From contig JANKJI020000001.1 of assembly GCA_024626585.2 (NCBI GenBank), forward strand, positions 2,745,689 through 2,762,050: a stretch of 16,362 nt of DNA, written 5' to 3'. The notes below the pieces were generated by a model. It did not search any database. It saw only the letters and a program-made list of their open reading frames with translations, and was not told the DNA's origin. This document shows, piece by piece, positions 9,156-16,362 of the stretch. A program made the translations under genes and the position numbers. How positions within the stretch are numbered: the first letter of the stretch is position 1; every line of letters starts with the position of its first letter. The stretch is from Ginkgo biloba (taxonomy: Eukaryota; Plantae; Ginkgophyta).

Positions 9156-9615
9156 GATACTGCATACAATATAACCAGTTATAAATGACCAATGACTAAA
9201 CCTACAACGTTTATCACACTATATCATTTCTTTTGTACCAACTTTGTCAGGCCATGTAAGTCATTCTACAAAAGATGTTTTACTTGAGCTCTTCTAGCAA
9301 GAAGGAAAGAAAAGACTAACACAGGAACTACCTCCAAGGGAAGGCAAAGAGCTACAAATACAAATTAACTGCTAAACCTTGTCTTGTATACTATACATAG
9401 ATATTGCATAAACAACAACCAATTCTAATTGACCAGTGACTAAACCTCCAATTTTTTCATACTGTGTGGATTCTTTTGCATTTTGTCAACGCTATTTAAA
9501 TCAAAGATGGTTTAGTTCAAGCTCATCCAATCAGAAGAATAAAAAAGTAATACAGATATTACCTCCAAACGAAAGAAAAGATCTAGGAATAGGAATTACT
9601 AAACTTTGTATATAG
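9156..9615. repeat. Old tandem duplication, two diverged units of about 230-244 bp
   Basis: Collinear anchors: gatactgcata 9156 / gatattgcata 9400; tgaccaatgactaaacct 9186 / tgaccagtgactaaacct 9430; ttcttttg, tttgtca and aaagatg in both units; tacctccaa 9329 / 9560. Confidence 0.8.
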
Positions 9616-10105
9616 AAATAAACCAGCAGCAAATTCTGTGAAAGTCTCAAGGGACACACAATTATTAAATAATAAGGATCAAAATGTCAAACTTATGCTG
9701 GCAGGTTCATTTGATAGAGAAGCTTAAGCAGCATGCTTAAGAAGAAAAACAAGCTTCTTTTAAGAATAATTGTTGCCCATTCTGGGACCTGACTGTGAAT
9801 TGATCTTTACAATAGGACAGGGAACGAATTTTGAACCCAGGGCAAAGTTCAGCAGAATTCAAGTAAATGACCATGTTTATAGATTTGGTCCTTACAGGAG
9901 ACCATGCTTAGAAATCCTAGATGCAGTGTTCTTGAATCTCTTTGAAACTCTGCATAATCCCCAACTTGGACTATCCTCTTTCCCATACAATGTCCTCTCT
10001 TGTTTTTCCAGTTCAAGGCCTGGGCGGTGCTAGCAAGAAAAGGTACTGTTGCCCTTGAGTTTTGTTCTTTTTGAAAGTCTGGAAAAGCACAGCATGTCCA
10101 TATGG

Positions 10106-10205
10106 NNNNNNNNNNNNNNNNNNNNNNNNNNNNNNNNNNNNNNNNNNNNNNNNNNNNNNNNNNNNNNNNNNNNNNNNNNNNNNNNNNNNNNNNNNNNNNN
10201 NNNNN
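10106..10205. other. Assembly gap (100 N)
   Basis: Exactly 100 N. Confidence 0.99.
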
Positions 10206-11344
10206 CAAGCATGCTAATCATTATAACTCCAAATCATTACCCTTGATCAAAGTCGCAATTATAAATTTACTCTCTCCAAATGGATCGAATAATTATGAAC
10301 CTCAGTTGCATTCAGAAAATTGGCTTGGCTGAAATTTATTAGAAACTGAAACAATCTACAGAAAGATTAAACTTGAATTCCAAGGTGGAATATATGCCAT
10401 TATCCCCACAAGGGACAAGCATTATCTCGTTGGGTTATGAAGACATCAAAAGTGAGAAACACCATAGCTAACCCTTCTCTATTTAATGGTTGAACATTGT
10501 GTAAGGAGTGTATATTTTTTTTTTTAATTTAGACCAACCATGCTACTTACTGTTTGGCCTATCTTAAACATTTCAAGTGATCAACTGAAGGTTTCACAGA
10601 AAGATGTAGAGATAATAAAGAGCTACCTTACTCAAAACACATTCAGATACTACAAAGGTAGAAACAAAACGAAATATATTCAATGCAAGAAGTGGAAGAA
10701 AAACTCCACATAAGACCTTCGACATTAACAGTGGGTGGAGCATTGTTTTGCATACAGAGCAAGAGTTAATTGTTAGAACAGAGCAGATTCCATCGAATTG
10801 GACCAAACTCTGGTAGATTCCATCAATAGTATAGTAACAGAGAACATTCCGTCAAAATACAGCAGGATACAGCCAAACTCCAGTGCATTTATGATGCAGC
10901 AATATGTACTGTTCATCCATACAATCCATACAGGATGCCATTAGTAGGTGATGTGGCAAGTACATTAGTGAGCAGCAGTTAGACATAATTAATTAGGACA
11001 ATTATGATGTCATTGAGGGAGGGTCACACAGAAAGTTGTGTCACTTTCTTAAGAGAGACATGTCATTTAAGCCTTTCAAAATGAAATGAAACTATATTAA
11101 TACCTGCAAGTAACAAAAAAGCGGTCAATGGGACTATAATCGTGCACATAAATGTTATAGTCATAGGAGTGCTACACTCTAACACCAAATCTCAAACCTA
11201 AAAGATAGCTCTAATCAGAAGATTTTACCTAAAGTGCAGCAAATATGAGATAAAAGTAAAACAAATGAAAATGAATAGCACATGTCAAAGGAGTGCAAGG
11301 GTATCTAAGCTCCCGCTCATGGTATAAAGGATCCTGTAAGGCAC

Positions 11345-12525
11345 CAATCCAGACCACTAGGATTCTGTCAATCATGTGGTGAGAGGCCATCGTCCACAAT
11401 CACAAAGTCACCCAACATATGTTTGATGATCTCCTTTGCAGTCTGCTTGTCAATGGCTATCATGCTAGGGTCAGCTCTCTGTCTGCCTGCCCTTATCTCT
11501 CTCCTAGCATCCAAGGTCGAAGCTCCTCTATCTGGCCCAAAGAATCTCGTGATGGGTCTACCTCCCCTCACTCTCTTGGTCCTATGAGGACCTCCTTTGG
11601 TGCATTTGGGATATCTTCTACTAGGTTGTGTNNNNNNNNNNNNNNNNNNCAATCTGGGTCTCTAGGCAAAGTCGGGTATCTCATTGGAGGCTTTGTGTGT
11701 GCCCTAGGCACTTCTGTCTTTGCTACTAAGGTCGGCGACTGAAAGAAAGAAGTGATGTGCAAGACTCTGTTTGGATGTTGCATTATCCTCCCTAGGATGT
11801 GACGCTTACAGAGGAAGAGAAAGGGAGTTGGTCCCTATATGAAATAAATATGGAGAAGGACCCTCCTATACCTCTGAAANNNNNNNNNNNNNNNNNNNNA
11901 AGAAAAGGAACCAAAAAATGGAATGCTCCTCCATCTCTACCTCAAGGGTGCAAAGTCTACATGTGTTGATCTATGGGAAAATGATATTTTGTCTCTATCT
12001 GAAGCTGGTGGGAGCATACTCTAAACTGACTAATAGGGAATCCCATACCATGTGGCATGTGCAAACGCAACTATCCTAGTTGATTGATGGTGCCTCCAGA
12101 TATATAAAGTACTCATCGGAGGCCAGTTTAGGATTGAGAGCCAAGCGTGGAGAGATCCATGTAGACTAAATGCAGGCCCTATAAATATCCTCTTGAACCT
12201 GTTCATTAATCTCATTCCTTGTAAGTTGGATATTAGGTGCACCCAATGAGAATCTAAAGGGTGGCAATTTATCGATCGAGATCCTGATCATCTCCAATAG
12301 TTCAGAGATCTCACTATACCAGCCACATCTATGTCTAAAGGTTCCCTCCTCTGCTAACATCGATGAGAGGAGTGTAAGGCTATATATGAATATCGTCCTC
12401 TCCCTGTGTGCATATCTATGATAGCTTGAACTTTGTGTAAATACGTGCAGATCCAGTATATAGTATCCACACAAAGTGGGTGAGCTCCAAACTCAACTTA
12501 GACAACACTCAAGGGTACAATCCAT
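11345..12525 (-). mobile_element. Decayed RTE-clade LINE 3' end (post-RT region, CCHC zinc knuckle, C-terminal tail), fragment C
   Basis: Minus strand: IVPLSVV*VEFGAHP..YLHKV..GRGRYSYIA (homologous to IVQAEF..YLHNI..SRNQYLYVA of fragment A), WYSEISELL..ISIDKLPPFRFSLGAP..EDIYR..TW, ISQFRVCSHQLQIET (SHQLQIET at 11990-12013), TCRLCTLEVEMEEH (CRLC at 11950-11961). Across two short gaps there is a basic tail with ITSFF and ITRFF. Assigning 11345-11880 to the LINE is less certain than 11900-12525. Confidence 0.82.
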
Positions 12526-12526
12526 T

Positions 12527-13994
12527 TGTATCGGATAATCTTGGATAGCATGAGTGTAATCGAGATTTTGGGAATTAGTATATTGATGTATCAGGAGCTC
12601 ACAGATGACTCCCAAATGATGAAATTTTGTAAATATTTTTGTAAATATTTTTGGTTATTAGTGTCAAATGGAATGACCTTCTATAACTATATAGATATTC
12701 TTTATTAATAAAAAATAAGTTTGCTCGTTGTTTCTTTGCAGGTCCTCAAGCTCTGAGATCTTGCCATCAACTACTCCAATTCATCTTTTGTTCCTATTTT
12801 TGTCTAATTTTTTGTCATGATATAGTCAAAATTGGGCAAAATCTTTAATACCGTGTTTTCACGCGCCTTTTCTTCTTTACTGTGTCAACACGTGCTCCTA
12901 GAGCATGCACTAACATGGTATCCAAGATCAAGCATGCACTGACACAGTATCTCTCTGTAACGCGCACAAAAACACAATATTGATTTTTTTCTCACGAAAA
13001 CGTGAATTTCTCAATGACAAAATCCTATGCTAACGATTTATGGACTTGTCTAGCATGCAATGCGTTTGTTTTTTCTTAGGAATTCATCTCTTTGTCCAAT
13101 CTTTTCACAATTCGTATGTTTCATCAATCTTGCCCATGTGGCAACTTTGGACAATTAAAGGATGATTCTTCTAACCTCCTAGATTTTTCTATAAATACTA
13201 TGGGATTTGAGGGATCTAGGGAGAGTTTTTTAAGACACTAAAATGATTTCTAAATTCTCCTAGGATATATATTTTGAGACACTGAAATGCTATCAAAATT
13301 CTCAAAGAGAGAGATTTTTTATGTACTAAAATTTTGTCCATTTTTTCCTTGAGAGAGAAGTTTTTATGTTGGAAATATTATTTAGAATAAGTGTGGGTTT
13401 ACTAGATTACGGAGATTCCATATTTTCCTACTTTTGACTATAGGTTTCAAAATATTTGGGACTATTAGGAAGCATACACATTATCTGTGATCTTCCTTCA
13501 TTCCATTAGTTTCCACTTTCTTGTCTTTATTTTAGAAGAATTTGGAGCATTCATGGTGATTTAGATGGCTTAGAGACTTCCTTGAGAGGGAGTTGGATCC
13601 AAATTATTTGGAAAAAAATTTATATCAGGTGCATTAGTTTCATCTTCTCTCTTTAATTTAGCGATTGTTTGTATTTAAAAGTCAAAAGGAAAAAAAATTA
13701 TATGAATGCTTGAGTGTTTGCTTCTTGTTTCTTTTTCATTTTAAATCATTTGCTGAATTTTAAAAAGATAGGTTGAACATAATCTTTATTTTACATTAAT
13801 TTTTAGAATTTAGCTTTAGGTTAATTTTGAAATTTGATAATATTATTTCAACTAAGGGGAGACTCTCCTAAATTTTTGGCAAGATTTCTACTCCAAATTT
13901 TTGCACTCTCTTGTGTTAGTCTAAGAGGGTTTAGGTTGGGACTTTGGTCTTGACTATTTTATCTCCTTTATTAGATTTCCATTTTATTTTTCTT
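12527..13994 (+). mobile_element. Probable long LTR (gypsy-type) interrupting LINE fragment C, truncated by the gap
   Basis: LINE homology stops abruptly at about 12525 and a TG-initiated (tgtatcgg) non-coding segment begins at 12527. It has a ctataaata TATA box at 13189-13197, short diverged subrepeats just downstream, and a T-rich 3' part. No CA end, PBS or TSD is visible. Confidence 0.45.
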
Positions 13995-14094
13995 NNNNNN
14001 NNNNNNNNNNNNNNNNNNNNNNNNNNNNNNNNNNNNNNNNNNNNNNNNNNNNNNNNNNNNNNNNNNNNNNNNNNNNNNNNNNNNNNNNNNNNNN
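13995..14094. other. Assembly gap (100 N)
   Basis: Exactly 100 N. Confidence 0.99.
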
Positions 14095-15390
14095 AGATTA
14101 TTGTAGAAAAACGAGAAATATAAAGTCAAAACTTGTTAATGGTGAATACCACAACCAAGAATTTTGTTTGTCACCGTATAATTGTATTGTGTGGCAGATA
14201 AGGACTTGCTACCATAGTACATTGCATACTCAATAGAGTCTTCCTTTTGTCCCAAAACTAACCCAAGGCCTAATCTAATGCATCTGTGTGAATATGAAAT
14301 AGTAAGTTCCAATTTGGACCCCTCAAGATTTTTGCTGAAATCATCTTATTCTTCAATAGTTGGAAAGCCACCTCACATTCTTAGGTCAACTCAAAAAGTG
14401 TGTCCTTGATAAGCAATCAATGAAGAGGAGAAGTTATTTTGCTGAAATCTTTGATGAAGTGTTGATAGTATCTAGCTGACCCCAAAAAAATGCAAACATC
14501 CTTAAGCTTAGTAGGAGAATGAAGATCTCAGATGACCGGCACCTTTGCTAGAAAAAATATTATTCCCTTTTCTTAGAGAAAATGACCCATAACTACTTGT
14601 TCTGTGAGCAACATTTTATACTTTTAATTGTTAAGCGAAAGAAGAGTCTACTTACACTTTTGCATGGTGATCTCCAATTGGCTTAATGCTTCAAAGAATG
14701 AGTCTTTGCAAACTGAGAGATCATCCATGTGGACTTCAATGAATTCATTTATATGCTCAAAGAAGATGCTTATGATAGCTCTTTAGAAAGTAGTAAGGAC
14801 ATTACACAATTTAAAGGGAAGGACACAGTATGTAAATGTACCCCAAGGGCATGTAAATGTAGTTTTATCCTCGTGTTCTAGGGTGACTTGAATCTAGTTA
14901 TAACCAAAAAATCCATCACAAAAAGAGAAATATGTCTTGCCTGCAAGTTTGTTGAACACTTGGTCCACAAACGGCAAAAGAAAATGGTCCTTCCGAGTAG
15001 GCTTATTACGCATCTTATAGTCCATGCATATCTGCCATTTCCCACATTTTTTCGAAACTACCACTAAAGGGGAGACCCGTTGACTATCTGATATTGGATA
15101 CAATCATCCCTGTCATCAACTATTCCTCCTTGACTACTTGCACCATCATGGTAGTAAGTCTCCCCTGTGGCTATCAAACAAGTTTGGTGTCATCCTTTGT
15201 AAAGATATCATGATGATAGATCCAAGGACTAATTCCTTTCAAATCTCTGTGGTTCCTTGCTAAAACTCCTTGTGTTCTTTTGTAAGAGTTGGAAGGTTTG
15301 CTCTCCCTCTATATATATCAGTAAAAATGTTTATGATAAGAAGAGTCCTACTATTTCCCATGTCTAATGGCATGATATTTGATGAAATAG
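14095..15390 (-). mobile_element. Decayed Ty3/gypsy pol (RT + RNase H), Athila-like lineage
   Basis: DLKGISP..HDI..PQGRL..VVKEE, YPISDSQRVSPLVVVSKK..WQICMDY..TRKDHFLLPFVDQ..YFSFCDGFFGYN*I..DKTTFTCPWGTF..LPFKLCN, HMDD at 14720-14731 (YMDD), YYQHFIKDFSKI, RGPNW..FHIHTDA..LGQK..YNYTVT. KDHFPLPFIDQ-type wording is typical of Athila-like elements. Confidence 0.93.
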
Positions 15391-15519
15391 TTGCCATAGA
15401 CTACTAGTCTTTCTCCTAAAATTGGAGAACCATGTCTAAAAAAGAATTTGTAGCAACCCTAGTGGTGACTCCGAACATGAACTGAAAGAGGAAAATATAT
15501 TTGATGTAAATCAAATATT

Positions 15520-15671
15520 AAATTGAATGATGAAATGTTAGATGTGATGATCACACAATACAAATAATCAACTTAAATAGATTATTGTCCTTGGCTTACA
15601 CCTTTTCACAGTGACTCTACATTAATGACCTCCACTAATAATAATAATGTGCCTAACCTATGTATGTTACA
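15520..15671 (-). mobile_element. Start of the chromovirus 3' LTR (truncated)
   Basis: TGTAACATAC begins at 15671 on the minus strand, 4 nt after the decayed PPT. The lower boundary is approximate; Athila-like sequence resumes below it. Confidence 0.5.
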
Positions 15672-16362
15672 TGCATTCCTTGCTTAAGATGCTTTCTCCT
15701 CGAAGCATCGATGTTGGAGCATAGGAATTTTTTTCCGAACTCCCAGGAAGCGTCTTACAAGGGTAAATGTTGCCACTTGATCAAATATTTTCAGATTGTT
15801 TTGGAGCGTAATTGTTTTTCTCACATCCTCAGGATAAATTCTGGAATTAACACCAACTTCTCTTCTTCGTCAAGCATGTGAATTTCTAATGGTACTATCA
15901 CTTGTTTTCGAATCTTCTTTTTTAGACAAGATACATGAAATACATCGTGAATTTGAGATGTTGTGGTAAGTCTAATGCATATGACACATTAACAATTCTA
16001 TGTTTAATTTGACATGTTCCATAAAAACGAGGATCGAGTTTTTCATTACTGGATTTTTTTGGCAATGTTTGCTTATATGGTTGGAGTCTTACATACACCC
16101 GATCTTTGACTTGAAATTCTTTCTCTATACGTTGTTGATCGGATGCTTGTTTCATTTGCACTTGTGCATTGGCTAGGTGTTCTTTTAACAAATTAATAAT
16201 CACGTGGGACTCTTGTAAATAATTCTGAACTATAAGTACCTTAGACTTAATTTCTACCCAATTCGTAAGTTTAATCGGTTCATATCCATAAAGTGCTTTG
16301 AAGGGTGACATCTTAATGGAATGATGATAGTAGAATTGTACCATGCTTCAGCCAGGTGTAAC
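15672..16362 (-). mobile_element. Ty3/gypsy chromovirus 3' end: integrase C-terminus, GPY/F module, chromodomain and decayed PPT
   Basis: ORF 15922-16344 (SIKMSPFKALYGYEP..AQVQMKQASD..VYVRLQPY..KLDPRFYG..YALDLP). After a frameshift: IHDVFHVSCLKK..LDEE..PEFIL..YLIKWQHLPL*DASWE (15740-15787, chromodomain). Purine tract aagcaaggaa at 15676-15685 lies just before TGTAAC. Confidence 0.93.

Noticed and set aside
9723-9741. 8-bp hairpin cttaagca-gca-tgcttaag, and the 12-bp tandem ttttgtaaatat at 12625-12648
   Set aside because: Both are short, expected by chance or slippage in AT-rich DNA, and have no functional context.
9737-10105. Moderately GC-rich stretch with ORFs on both strands (possible decayed gene)
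   Set aside because: No recognisable family motif in the frames examined, and the stop density is compatible with chance. BLASTX would be needed.
3754-10332. ORFs containing long X runs
   Set aside because: They are artefacts of translating through N gaps.
10560-11125. Minus-strand acceptor-like ttttttgttacttgcag near 11105-11120 followed by 3'UTR-like sequence
   Set aside because: No identifiable coding exon follows, so it cannot be distinguished from intron or intergenic DNA.
1-16362. All recognisable coding remnants lie on the minus strand
   Set aside because: There are few independent blocks, their orientation across 100-N joins is uncertain, and two LTR-like segments appear to be on the plus strand; not significant.

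Overview
This is eukaryotic nuclear DNA from a plant with a large, repeat-rich genome; the TE families and heavy C->T decay suggest a gymnosperm or fern (inference). It is not prokaryotic. The window is a draft scaffold of six blocks joined by 100-N gaps, plus three short 18-20 N gaps. Most of it is decayed retrotransposon sequence: three RTE-clade LINE fragments, two Ty3/gypsy chromovirus-type integrase fragments (one with a chromodomain), an Athila-like RT/RNase H fragment and several LTR-like segments. No complete protein-coding gene is present. The non-TE content is (i) one intact 46-bp AG/GT-bounded exon of an AE7-like (CIAO2/FAM96/MIP18 family) Fe-S targeting gene at 2937-2982, and (ii) a chimeric pseudogene at about 8405-8946. 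In the chimera, a partly processed AE7-like copy (two introns precisely removed, upstream splice acceptor retained) is joined directly to an intronless endonuclease III (NTH1) fragment. The chimera is the most unusual object here, but it is out of frame and carries stops. I found no evidence of a functional new biological system. All identifications come from manual translation and recalled family motifs, not database searches.
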